Shown here piece after piece: positions 35,580 to 49,400 of a stretch of 64,000 nucleotides of DNA. The notes under the pieces were generated by a model that was not told the origin of the DNA, did no database searches, and saw only the letters and a list, made by a program, of their open reading frames with translations. Made by a program: the position numbers and the translations under genes. Source of the stretch: the human T2T-CHM13v2.0 reference genome, Homo sapiens; the NCBI RefSeq assembly GCF_009914755.1, contig NC_060932.1, one strand, 5' to 3'. Position 1 is the first letter of the stretch. Every line of letters begins with the position of its first letter.

Positions 35580-36324
35580 TAGAGAGCAGGAAGTGAGTAG
35601 CCTCTAAGATAAAGCAGAAGCAAGATTACAAAGATGCTGAAAGAAACGCAAAATGCATGTTCTCACAGTCAAAGAGCTTTCCTCTATGTGTGACCAAGAA
35701 ACATTGTGAGCTGTGGTGGTGGTGGTTTGCAGAGCCAAAATAATTCAGTGATTGTTTGTACAGATGGATTTACTTAGGATGAAGGATGTTCTTTTAATCC
35801 CATTTGGATAGGTTTTATCCTATGTATATCTATCTGTAACATTATTTGCCCTTGTTTCTGTAGATTAAAGATAGCTTTTAAAAATACATAATTATTTTCG
35901 TTATTCATAAAAACTGAAATGAACTGTTATTGGTTCTATTATTACTTTCATCCTCAACCTAAGGTTGCTCCAAAGCATTCCTTTCTGGTGACAGTAGCAT
36001 CACTTGTTACGTATGTTACCATTCTGCATCTGTGGGATCCGTCTTCCCTCCTCCTCTCCTAAGAATGTATTCTATTCATACTCATACTGTGTTCATTTAA
36101 ACCAGTAGAATTATAACATGCAAAAGCTACACATGTATTTTCAAGAATGGCCGTCGTCTTTTTTCCGTGTTGTGACAGAGGTTAAAGAGATTAGTGCTTC
36201 TAGTTGTGAAGTGGAAAACGTTGAAATTCCAAAAGTAAGCACTGTTCATTTTCATTGGTGGTAATGGGGGATCACCTTACCTGATTATATATTAGTACTG
36301 CTTTATGTTTATTTGGATGAAAGA

Positions 36325-36919
36325 CAGTAGTGCCCCTCTCATCCAGGGTTTTGTTTTGTGTAGTTTCAGGTACCATGGTCTGAAAATATTAAATGGGAAA
36401 TCCCAGAAAATAACAATTTATAAGTCTTTAAATGCATTCTTTTCTGACTAGCATGAAGAAATCTCAGGTTATCTGGCTCCATTCTCCCTGGGATGTGAAT
36501 CGTCCTTCAGTCCAGCCTGTGCATGGAGTAGGTGCTGCTTGCCCTCACTTAGTAGCCATCTTGGTTATCAGATAGAATCTCGTGATTTTGCAGTGTTTGT
36601 CTTCAAGGAACCCTTATTTGGCCTAATAATGTTCCCCAAGCACAAGAGTATTGATGCTGACAACTTTGATATGCCAAAGAGGAGCTCCAAGGTGCTTTCT
36701 TTAAGTGAAAAGGTGAACGTTGTCCACTTAATATGGAAAGAAAAATGGTATGCTGACGTAGCTAAAATCTATGGAAAAAATGACTCTTTGACCTGTGAAA
36801 TTGTGAAGAAGGAGAAAAAACTGTGCATACTATATATATAGGGTTCAGAACTATCCACAGTTTTAGGCATCCCCCAGGGGGCCACGGACTGTGCCCCCTT
36901 TGGATAGGGTGGACTACTG
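36325..36919 (+). mobile_element. MER44 (Tigger7-derived) DNA transposon
   Basis: TIRs CAGTAGTGCCCCT...GGATAGGGTGGACTACTG; remnant CENP-B-type HTH MPKRSSKVLSLSEKV...VAKIYGKNDS. Confidence 0.85.
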
Positions 36920-37399
36920 TCTCTTTAATAACTCTAGCATCAGTGAATGAGTTCTGTGTTTTATTTCTCTCCAATTCAAATCGTCTCTGTGTCTTCATCT
37001 GACTACTCTCCCTTCCCTCAGGTTTTGGAGGAAAAAATGTTATTTCTAAGGATATGCATCTGTACAGGATTCCTTACCCAACTTATTCTTCTGGGACTTG
37101 GAGCAGTCCATAGAGGTCAGACGTGAGAACGTACTGCCTTTGCTGTCGACATGGATAGAGACCTGCTCCCTGGTTGTCTGCATGTCTCTGCTCAGTGTTC
37201 TGCTAGTACTCCACAGCTAATCATACATAGAAACAGAACTGGGTGAAATTTTAGGTTATTGTATCTCTTCTGGGATTACCTGATATGATAAAGGTGGGCA
37301 TTAAAACACATTATTTAATAAACTTCTCACCTTTAGTCTAGACTCCTTGCCTGGAGGGAAGAACCTGGGGCACTCAGACACATAAGTGAATGAATGAGG

Positions 37400-39520
37400 T
37401 ACAAGGCAATCAGACAAGAAAAGATAATAAAAGGCATGTAGGTTAGAAAGGAAGAAATAGAGTTATCTCTATTTATAAACCACACAATTTTCTATGTAGA
37501 CAAGTCACAAGCAATCTACAAAACAGCAATTAGAGGTGACAGCTGAGTTGAGCAAGTCATCCAGATGCAAGAATTCCATTGAAACTTCAGTATAAAGCTA
37601 ATAAAATAAGTGCAGGATCTGTGTGCTGAAAACTACAAAATACTGATTTTAAAGCTCAAAGAACTAAATATATTAAAAGACATACAATGTTCATGGATTA
37701 GAAGACATAGTACAGTGAACATGTCACTTCTTCCCAAAATGATGTATAGATTTAACACATTCTCATTCAAAATCTCAGTGGACTCTTTCAAGATACAGAC
37801 AAACTGGTTCTAAAATTTCTATGGAGATATTAAGGAGCCAGAATAGCCAAAACAATTTAGAAAGGAAAGAACAAGGAGGAGGACTGGCACTACCTGCTTT
37901 TGGGGCATCCTTTCAAGCTGTGGTCCTCAAGGCAGTGTGGTATTGGTGGACACACAGAACAGACAGAGAATCCAGAAATAGACCCCCAAAATACATCCCA
38001 TGGGTTTTCACAAAGGCATGAAGGCAATTCAGTGGAGAAATTCAGTCTTTTGAACAAGTGGTGCTGGAGCAGTTGGACATACACAATCAAGAAAAGGAAC
38101 CTTCCCAACACTTTGGGTGGATCACCTGAGGTCAGGAATTGGAGATCAGCCTGGCCAACATGGTGAAACCCCGTCTCTACCAAAAATAAAAAAACTAGCT
38201 CGGCATGGTGGCACCTGCCTGTAATCCCAGCTACTCAGGAGGCTGAGGCACAAGAATCACTTAAACCGGTGAGATGGAGGTTGCAAAGAGCCAATACCAT
38301 GCCACTGCACTGCAGCCTGGGTGACAGAGAGACACCCTGTCAAAGAAAAGAAAAGAAAAGGAGAGGAGAGGAGGAAGGAAGGGAGAACCTCATTCTATAC
38401 CTTACACGAGCCACAAAAATTACCTCCAAATGGATCATAGACAAAATTTAAAGGTATAAAACTTCTATAAGTAAACATACAAGAAAAATGATCTTGGTGT
38501 AGGCAAAGAGTTCTTAGATACACCAAAAGCATGATGAATAACAGAAAACATAGATAAGTTAGATTTCATCAAAATTGAAAGCTTTTACTCTGTGAAAGAT
38601 ATTATGAAGAGATCAGAAGAAAACGTTTGCAAATCTTATATCTGACAAAAGATTTATGTCTGGAATATATAAAGAACTCTTAATACTGAACAATAAGAAA
38701 ACAGAACAGCTCAAACAAAAAATGGCAAAGAAAAGATTTGAATAGACAGTTTACTGAGGACACACAGATGGCAAATAAGCATCTAAAAAGATGCTCATCA
38801 TTATTGCTCACTTCAGAAATATAGTGAGATCCACTACATATCCATTAGAATGGCTAAAAGAAAAAATAACAGTCGCACTCTAGCAAGGAGCCAGGGCAGC
38901 TGGAACGGCTGCTGGTGCGTGTGGGAAGTGGTCCAGCCGCTTTGAGAAACAGTTTGACAGTTTCACAGAAAGCTAAATGTCCACTCAGCAGTCCCACTCC
39001 CAGATATTTGCCTCGGAGAAATGAAAGCTTGTGTTCACACAGAGTCTGTACGCGAATATTTGTAGCAGCCTTACTTATCATCAGCTGGACCTGGAAACAG
39101 CACAGCTGTCCCTCCAGTGGGTGAATGGATCAACCAGCTGGACCAACCATACTGTGGAGTGTCACTCAGGAGTCGAAAGGAATGGTGATAGGTACAGCAG
39201 CTTGCATGACTCTCAGGGGCATCATGCCAAGTTGAATAGCTGGTCTCAGAAGGTCACATGCTGTATAAGGCCATTTCTTTGTCATTCTAGACAAGGCCAA
39301 ACTATAGGGAAGGAGAACAGATGAGTGGTTGCCGCGCATTAAGGTGGGAGTAGCATCTGCCTCTGCAGAACAATAGCAGCTGTCACATCTTTGGGGCATT
39401 GGAATTGTGCTGTGTTGTTAGTGGCAATGGTTACAGAATCCATGTATTAAAACACAGAGAACTGTACACACATATGCACACACGAGTAAATCTTATTGTT
39501 TCTAAATTTAAATTAAAAAG
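37400..39520 (+). mobile_element. Old L1M (ORF2 3' part and 3' UTR), interrupted by an Alu at 38104-38360
   Basis: ORF2-like QDLCAENYKIL...KDIQCSWIRR and KWCWSSWT; L1M-type 3' UTR. Confidence 0.88.
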
Positions 39521-39528
39521 AATATCTA

Positions 39529-39835
<307 letters not shown>

Positions 39836-40744
39836 CTAACGTGCTTTCCAAATGGAGATGTTTGAGCACTGGTAGGACCGGGCTAGTGTCTTGGTTTCAG
39901 AACTAGGTTTCCTTCTGTGTGCTGAAGTTTACAGGCTCCTGTACCTTCAACTGCTGCCTCTGTACCTATACTTCCTGTTAGCACTGAAGCTTCATCCCAG
40001 CTTTTCTATCTTAAAAAAAAAATGAAAAGAATTTAAAAACATAACTTTCTCTAAATTGCTCTTTGCCCTCTGTGCTACCTTTTTTTCCCCTCATTCATGG
40101 CAAAACGTCACAAATGTATGTCTGTATTGCCCTTGCCTTACTGATGATGTCGCTATTTGTTAATAGTATCAACTCTTGGGAGATTGCGAAGGCTCAGGTG
40201 GCCTATGGCTTCAGGTGAAATATCTGTTTGTGTGATTACAAGGTAACCATGATGGCAGTCAGGTATATCAGACATATATAAATGACACAAACAGATATAA
40301 ATATATGTTTGTGTGATTACAAGGTAAACGCAATGGTAACCGCAATGGTAACCACGATGACTCTCGCTGGCACAACAGGAGTATTGATGTTCACAGGTTG
40401 CTCCTGACTTGCACCCTCAAAAAGTTTAGAAACAAGCCGAGTCACTTTCTCTGTTCATCTCCGTCTTCAAGAAGACAAAGATGACTGCTGCTTCTTGCAT
40501 GGCCCCCCTCCTTTAACTTTTAAATAAATTGAATAGTACAAACATAAGAAATTTGAGAGAGGATAGTTGCCACCACCATTTACAAAGCCATTCTACATAA
40601 TTTTTAAAGCTTAGCACCCACTTTAATATTTATCTATGTCTTGCATATAACTTCAGATATAAACTTCACAGTTCCAATTTCTTTTAGGGTCAAGATTTAA
40701 AGTATCCATATCATATATTATATACATTGACTTTGTGTACAAGG

Positions 40745-40746
<2 letters not shown>

Positions 40747-40777
<31 letters not shown>
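40747..40777. repeat. (TC)n microsatellite
   Basis: About 15 TC units. Confidence 0.95.
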
Positions 40778-40779
<2 letters not shown>

Positions 40780-43179
40780 CACTCTCGCTCTCTCGCTCTC
40801 TCGTCCTCCTCCTTCTAACCCTGTCTCCAATGTAGTTGGGGGATTCTTAAAATATTCTCTTTGGCTAGCAGTATAAACTGGCCTCCAAGAAAAACACTGC
40901 TGAGCATGTTTTTATTTCAGGGTTTGTGTGGTATTCTCTGGAAATTTCTTGTAAAGGAGATTTGTAGCAGTTCTTCAGAATTAGATGGTTGTATGTGGCC
41001 CAGCTAGTCTTATCAGAAACTGTGGCGATTTTATAACAAAGTTCAGTTTGAATTTTGACTTAATATTTTTGAGAAGTTTATTGGCAATTTTTCCATGTTT
41101 ACAGCAGTTCACACCTCCAGTGTTAGCGCTACTGTTTTCAGGAAAGAGAATAATTTATGTTTTTCCTCCTTCATGACTGAATTGTCTGGCAGATACATGG
41201 AAATAGAAAACCATGCCAGGAGTTGCCGAGCTTCCTATTTATGGGAGACAGGAAGTAACACAACAGAAAAATAAAGAAATTAATTTGACCAAAGTGTCCC
41301 TTTAGACTCACATTGTTTTGTTATGTGTTGTTCAAGCATAGCACAATTTGAACCTTTAAATACTCTTTATCCCACTCTCACTTAATTTGATGTTTCCTGC
41401 ACTTTCCTGTGACTTGTCTAAAATTCTACTTTCCCTCGAAACCCTTTTGTGGATGCTAACATACAAGCAGAGTGTCTTGTGATTCAGTCTTCCCTTTTTC
41501 CAGCTACCACTCCGTGTCACTCTGTCCAGCACAGTGAGGAATAACTCAGCCTGTATTCAGATTTTAATATTTTGATTCTGAACAGCTTATGAAAAGGATC
41601 TGATAATAGAGATTTAAAGCTAATTCACTTATAAATACAAGTGTAGGGCTTAAAAGCTAAATCAGCTTTACAACAAAATGTCAAGGCCGCTAACTATCAA
41701 CAGATAATCTAGTGTTTTCTTAATCAAAAATGATTTCATGATGACTATTTTCTTGAGATAATGTGATCCACATTGAACTTAGTAAGCAGTGAGTCAGATG
41801 AGATATGTTTTTATCAGTGGTGAGCATAGAATCAATGAACTGTTAGAATAACACACTCAGTTCATTCCGTTCACGCCTCTCATTTTACATTAAAGAAATG
41901 CTGAGCCGCTCTCCTAAAATTATAACTCATGGGAGAACCAGAACTGGAATCTCAGCTTTTCACTGGTGTTAGTTCATCACCCTGCATTCCTAAGTCTGTT
42001 CAAAAGGGATCATCTTGAAAAACCATTCTCTTTTTAACTTTCAGTTGGCAGATTAACTTCATAACTCATGTTAGGAAGAATCTTCAGGGACATTGTACTT
42101 GGTGTGTCACACTGACACTGAGTTTCTGAGGGTGCCCTTCAGGTCTCTCTGGCAGACATTTATTGCTCGCACTTGCAAGCTGACTAGGATCTCAGGCCTG
42201 GGTCTCTGAACTTTCACGGCTTGATTTCAAAGTCCTTTTTATCCTGCTACAGATTATACCTTGGTAAAGGACTTTATACTTCACAGAGTGTTTTCACATG
42301 CACTGTCTCACTGGATCCTGACAGAACATTTTTGCAGCCGAGAAGGACGCTGCAAATAATTAGTGAGTTTAGTGATGGAGACTCTGGGCAAAAATAGCTT
42401 GTCTGACTTGAATGTGGATCTTAGAAACACATCTCTGTCAAGGCATTGTTTTAAGGCAGTGACTATGGTCTTACATTTATCTCCAGGACACCTAATTTAT
42501 ACTTTTTCCTGATTAAAATAATGGATTCTGGTTTTGCCCAGACATAGAACCCACAGAGTTTGTCTGCTTCTTTCACTTGAGGTGGTTCCTGAGCAGTGCC
42601 AGAGCTCATTCTCTGCGGAGGCTCCTGCAGGCTGCGGCAGCGTGGCCTCTGGCCGCTGGGAGCATGGGAAGCAGGCGCTGCGGTCTAGGTCCTCCATCCC
42701 CCTGTCTGCTGCTCCTGGCAAGACCCCAAGGTGCGCATTTCCCAGGTTGGAGCCGCTGTGCTTCCCAGGACCATAATCTGCTGATTGAGGACAGATACCA
42801 AAAAGTGATTCATCTGTAAAATTGAGGGCTGTGGTGCTGCCCTCTAGGAGGACATTTGGAAAGATGTGGAGAAACCTGTGAGTGCTAAGAATGACTGATG
42901 TTAAAGTTTGAAAGAGTCAAAGTGATTTTTTTAGTGGGAGAAGACTGTGGAGTCACCCTGAGATGCAACCACAGGCTTGATTAGAAATAAACTTTGATCA
43001 CCATTTTCAAATTTTTACATTAATATTTTTTAATTTTCGAAAGGTGCTAAACAGAATCTACTTAATGCACCTGGCACAGAAAAGGCAGTGCCCGGGTCCT
43101 AAGGCTGCACCTTTGCAAGAAAGAGAAATACCTGAGGCACCGGGAGTGAGGAGGACAGGTGTTGGAGAAGGCTGTAGGG

Positions 43180-44050
43180 CCCCAGTATGGCTGTGTAGTT
43201 CAAGACGAGGGATGCAGAAGCCATCGGACTATTTTAATTACAGAGTGGCAGCTTTTGTCTCTGTGGCCTCTCAGCAAAGAATGGATTGCAGGGAGGTAAG
43301 AACAGGGTGAGAAGCAGGAGGCAGCTAGGGTCATCGAGGTGAAAAATGACTGCAGCTGTGTCTAGAGGGGGGGTTGATAGGTGGAGAGGAGAGAGCAGGT
43401 CGGCGCCCTTCCTAGGAAGATCTAGTGGAATCTGTAACGTCAGGTGTGTGGGAATGGAGAAGTCAAGAAGACTCCCACCCAAATTTTTTCCTGGGGCGAC
43501 TAACTATAGATAATGGTGCCATTTGCAGAGTTAGGGAATTCTGGGGCAGAAGATTGTGTGCAAGGTTTGGGGTACAATAAAAAATTGATGTAGGCATATT
43601 AGGTCTGAGATTCCTACTGGACATTCAAATAGAGATACTACATATCAGATTATATATATGTACATATATTCAGAGGAAAGGTTAACTATTCACTCCAGCC
43701 ATGGTACCTGGAAGGGAGTGTGAATGAAGAAATGAAGAAAACAGTGAGTTTAGGTTTGATCTCTGGGCTGTGCCCCTATGCAGAAGTCAGGGGGAAGGGG
43801 GAGGCAGGGGGACCCGGGAACGGCTAGCTAGCAACCTGGGGGAGACACCAGGGGAACATGGCATCAGTCAGAAGGGGGACTGTCTCAGGAAGGAAGGATG
43901 CTCAGCTGTGCTGAGTGCTGCTGGAAGGTGAATAAGAGGAGACAGAAGCCACTGTTTGATTTCTTCAGGTGGATGTTGTCAGAGACCTTGAAAAAAGCAG
44001 GATGAATCCAATGACTAAGACAGTTGAAGAGTCAATGGTACATAAAGCAG
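43180..44050 (-). mobile_element. L2 fragments
   Basis: GAAGCCATCGGAC, GGACATTCAAATAGAGAT and CAGCTGTGCTGAGTGCTGCTGGAAGG motifs. Confidence 0.55.
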
Positions 44051-45944
44051 TGGAAGCACTAGGGTTATGTGTAATGGTGCGATTTGCTGAGTTAGGGATT
44101 ATTATCAGACATATTGCTGATATGTTATTCCTAGACATAATGCTGCTGCTACATCAGAGAGATTGGTTGGCAGCGAATGGGGCACTGTGAAGTGTGACTC
44201 GAGCCTTCTCGTGTTGCCAACTGCAACACAGATCATCGTCCTAGTGCTTGGCGATGTGGTTGCATTATGGTGAGTTGAGTGTGGCCTTGGGAAGCATCTG
44301 AATCTGTTGGCTGAGTTATCAGGGAAAAAAAATTTAAAAAGTAAACTAAGATTATGTATATTAATGAAAAAGTTGCTGTATTTGGCAAATACTTTAAATG
44401 GATAAGGCTAAAAACCAACAAGTCGAGAGGGTACTTGTTGCCACCCATCCTTTTCCAAATCATGGCCTTCAAGGATCACACTGTTGGTCTTTCCTTTTCT
44501 TTTAACTTGGATCAACTGTGAAGTAACACAGGTCTTCAGTGTAGATCTCAGTTCCCCAACATTTGCCTTATGACTGAGACCTCCAGGACGTCAACTTGGT
44601 CCATGCTGAACTGCAGCACAAATTCCAAGCTTTGACCATACCTCAAGGTGCACTTTAACCTTTGCAGTGTTCTGCCAGACATCTGAACTTTCACTTTTGT
44701 TTCTGACATCTCAATCACACAGTTCTCACTGTAAATATTAAATAATAGCACAGAATATTTTAACTTCAGGTATTCATTGGAAAATTCAACCATGGTTTGG
44801 TTTTATCTGTCACTTCAAAAACTGTCTTCAGCTGTCCATCATTTAGATGTCATTTAGATGTTCCTCAGGGACTTTGGGGACATTGTTAACAATCTGTTAT
44901 TTCAAGGCTTCTAAACTCTATCCCCAAGTTAAAATGATTTCCAAGGAACATCATACTTCTCTTACAGTCTGTGTGTAAGCACCCTCTGTGAATTCGGTTT
45001 TAGGGACAATGTTAGCTTTTGAAGAGAGCTGATGTAAGAAATACTAGATTTTAGGAAACTGTTGTACTTTTTTCAAAGCTATATTTGACGACATTGTACA
45101 TTTTGCTACCTGATACTTTTGATGTATGATCCACCTAATGCCTTTCTCCTAAAATTAATTTCCAATGAATTGAATAGGAATTCCAAATGAAATGAATTTC
45201 ATAGGAAAATCTCATACAGAAAATTTGTTAGGCTGTCCTTAACCAGAGAATGAGAATTATGTAATGCGGTTTTGTCAGCTAGAGTAACAGCTTGCCATAG
45301 GTTCATAATAGAGCTGTTTTTTAGTTCTTTTTCTTGGGTTCTTGTTTCTGAAAGAAAGTTTCTCTGCCAGAATATTGAAGTTGTGCCTAAGTTAATAATT
45401 TAACAAGCATTGTATATATTAATAATATAATATCAATAATTAATGCTATTAATCATTAATAACAATTATTTAATATTAATATTAAATACTTAATATTAAA
45501 TTTTTAGAATATTAAAATTTAAAATTTAAAAAATAAAATTTATCAAAAAAATTTTTTTTTTACTTTTGAAGCATTGGTTTTATTAAACTTTCAAAGTAGT
45601 ATGGCAAAAAGGTGGCCACATACCAAATAGTGTCATACATTTCTTAAAATCTCTCCTAGCAAATAAACTTAAATTGAGATCATGAGTCAGTTGAAAAGAC
45701 AATTTAATTTTTTTGCCATACAATTAAAGTATTTCTGAGAAGTCAGAGTGCTTTGCAATGTTTGGTGAATAATTTACACAATTCCAGAATAATGTCTCAC
45801 TTATGGAGAATACACCTACCACTTACTTCGATAAACAGAAGTAGAGTCTATGGTTTCTTTCTTTTTTTTTTTTTTTTTAGCTGCTAAAGATTATTATTAG
45901 GACAGAAGGACAATTAGCTTTAAAAGCATTCCTCAGAACATGTA

Positions 45945-47069
45945 TTTTTTTTTCTAGTATTCTTTTTTTTTTATTATACTTTAAGTTCTAGGGTACATGT
46001 GCACAACATGCAGGTTTGTTACATATGTATGCATGTGCCATGCTGGTGTGCTGCACTCATTAACTCGTCATTTAGCATTAGGTATATCTCCTAATGCTAT
46101 CCCTCCCCACTCCCCCGACCCCACAACAGGCCCTGGTGTGTGATGTTCCCCTTCCTGTGTCCATTTCTTCTCATTGTTCAATTCCCACCTATGAGTGAGA
46201 ACATGCGGTGTTTGGTTTTTTTGTCCTTGTGATAGTTTGCTGAGAATGATGGTTTCCAGCTTCATCCATGTCCCTACAAAGGACATGAACTCATCATATT
46301 TTATGGCTGCATAGTAGTCCATGGTGTATATGTGCCACATTTTCTTAATCCAGTCTATCATTGTTGGACATTTGGGTTGGTTCCAAGTCTTTGCTATTGT
46401 AAATAGTGCCACAGTAAACACACGTGTGCATGTGTCTTTATAGCAGCATGATTTATAGTCCTTTGGGTATATACCCAGTAATGGGATGGCTGGATCAAAT
46501 GGTATTTCTAGTTCTAGATCCCTGAGGAATCGCCACACTGACTTCCACAATGGTTGAACTAGTTTACAGTCCCACTAGCAATGTAAAAGTGTTCCTATTT
46601 CTCCACATCCTCTCCAGCACCTGTTGTTTCCTGACTTTTTAATGATCGCCATTCTAACTGGTGTGTGATGGTATCTCATTGTGGTTTTAATTTGCATTTC
46701 TCTGATGGCCAGTGATGATGCGCATGTTTTCATGTGTCTGTTGGCTGCATAAATGTCTTCTTTTGAGAAGTGTCTGTTCATATCCTTCGCCCACTTGTTG
46801 ATGGGGTTGTTTTTTTCTTGTAAATTTGTTAGAGTTCTTTGTAGATTCTGGATATTAGCCCTTTGTCAGATGAGTAGATTGCAAAAATTTTCTCCCATTC
46901 TGTAGGTTGCCTGTTCACTCTGATGGTAGTTTCTTTTGCTGTGCATAAGCTCTTTAGTTTAATTAGATCCCATTTATCAATTTTGGCTTTTGTTGCCATT
47001 GCATTTGGTGTTTTAGACATGAAGTCCTTGTCCATGCCTGTGTCCTGAATATTATTGCCAAGGTTTTCT
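45945..47069 (-). mobile_element. 5'-truncated primate L1PA (end of ORF2, 3' UTR, poly-A)
   Basis: TTATTATACTTTAAGTTCTAGGG 3' end; ORF2 peptides [26 protein letters not shown] and [14 protein letters not shown]. Confidence 0.97.
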
Positions 47070-48057
47070 ATGCTATAGAAATAGCATATTTCTATGCTAT
47101 TCATCATTAATAACAATTATTTAATAATATTAATATTAAATAGTTAATATTAAATTTTTAGAATATTAAAATTTAAAATTTTTTTAAAAATAAATATTTT
47201 ATATTAAATTATCAAATAAATAATAATAATTATTTAATATTATAAAATTAATAATCTTTCATTATTGAATTATTGATTGAGTTAAGTAATTAATTGATTA
47301 ACTGATAAGGATTATTGTTAAATTATTGTACTCTTGGGTAGTACAGAGACTGCATACTGCGCTTTGCCATGTAAATACTATTGTCTACTTCCTGGTACGT
47401 GGCTCTAGGGAGGCTATGGCAGAGTCAAGTGCTTTTGCCCTTAATGTGAACAAAAAATAGTGATTGCTCTTAGTAGCCATAATATTTGGTTTATTGTCTG
47501 TGTTGGTAATAATTTCTGCTGTGTTTTCATACAGTGAAGTGATGTTTCTGCTGTTTATTTTAGTTGCATTGGAATTTGTTATATTTATTTCTTTGTTTTC
47601 CTTTTGATAAGAGAAGTACGCACTTAGTTATTTATAAAGATGTTTGGACTTCACATGTGAGTACAGTGGTGACATGCTGGGTTTTCCTGGTCATTGCTTA
47701 GCTGTATTTATAAAGTGAATATTACTGAGCAGTTAAGCCTTAACATCGAGAATCACCCATTTTCATTTTTGAAAACTGGAAAGGATTAGGTAGAATGCAA
47801 GGAGAATAAATTGAACTTAAATGTTTGTGTTCAATTGAGGTGAGCTTTTTCATAAGAATATTCAAGCCTAGGTCAACATGCAGCTTGTTTTCCCTCTCAC
47901 CACCTGGAATTCAGTCTCTATCGGTCAATGTCTTCTAAAAGGGAAATGGGTTCTTAACTATATACTTTTAGTACTTTATTGCTTATCTTCCCTTTCTTGG
48001 TTGAATAGGCTGTGTTGGATATTTAGCTTCCTGCCCCTTTCTTTATGAGACAGCTAG

Positions 48058-48195
48058 AGCAGTGCTTTTCAAAACCTTACTAATGTGTGGATCACCTGGG
48101 GGATCTTACTGAAGTGCAGATCCTGGTTCAGTGGGTCTGGGTCTGCTCAGGCTTGAGGTGAGGTCCACGCTGCTAGTCCTGTGACCCAGCATTAG
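48058..48195. mobile_element. MER5A-like fragment
   Basis: CAGTGCTTTTCAAA...ATCACCTGGGGGATCTT...TGCAGATCCTGGTTCAGTGGGTCTGGG. Confidence 0.65.
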
Positions 48196-48421
48196 GTCCC
48201 CAGGATACAAAATATGACCGGGGATCTCTGTCGTATTCGGGGGTGGAGATGAGACAGCGTCCCAATGATGTTAGTCACATGGAACATTTAGAGATGCGGA
48301 GCTACTTTGTCAGTGTTTTACACATCGTCAAGCTGTTAGTCAAGACAGTAATCCTCTGTGGAAACTGTGGGTTGAACACTTTCAGTAAATTGCTCATGGT
48401 CATAGTGCTTGGAAATAGTAA

Positions 48422-48780
<359 letters not shown>

Positions 48781-49069
48781 TAGCATCTACTTCCAAAGAT
48801 AGCCTAGAGAGTATTTTTTATCTTCTATAGCTGTAAACCTTGATATGGGCATTCTCTGATGGCCTGTGTGTTTTGAAAAGATTAATGGATAAGGCAGTGG
48901 ATTTCACTGCTAACCTTGCTACACCGTAGCTGTGTAACCTTGGGTAAGGCAGTTTCTTTATCTGTAAAAGAATGGAAAGATCACCTAAATAAAGTACTCA
49001 GTAAACACTCAATAAATATTAAATATCGTTATTATTCAACAAGCATTTTTGACGCTGATCACTAGCCTT

Positions 49070-49400
49070 CATTAAAAGTATAACTTGGATGAACGTTGAA
49101 CACACCGAGTGAAAGGAGCCAGACACAAAAAGCACATGTTGTATAATTCCTTTCAGACAGTATATCCAGAATAGGTAAATCCATAGAATAGAAAACTAAT
49201 TAGAAGTTACCAGGGATGGAGGGGAGAGAGGGATGGGGAGTGATTACTTAACAGGTACAGGATGTTTTTCTGGGGTGATGAAAGCATTTTGAAACTAGAA
49301 AGAGGAGCTGGTTGCACCGCATCATGATATAAAATGCCATTGAATTGCACACTTTAAAATGGTTAATTGTATATTATGCCAATTTCACCTCACTTAAAAA
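49070..49400 (+). mobile_element. L1M 3' end
   Basis: GGGGTGATGAAAGCATTTTGAAACTAGA...GAATTGCACACTTTAAAATGGTTAATT. Confidence 0.8.

Noticed and set aside
45855-45945. Poly-T plus AG at 45880 as the acceptor of a cryptic MCPH1 exon
   Set aside because: No convincing donor nearby and no other support; better explained as a retrotransposition A tract, though RNA data would be needed to exclude it
46068-47116. Three minus-strand ORFs as a gene
   Set aside because: Broken L1 ORF2 C-terminus of a 5'-truncated element
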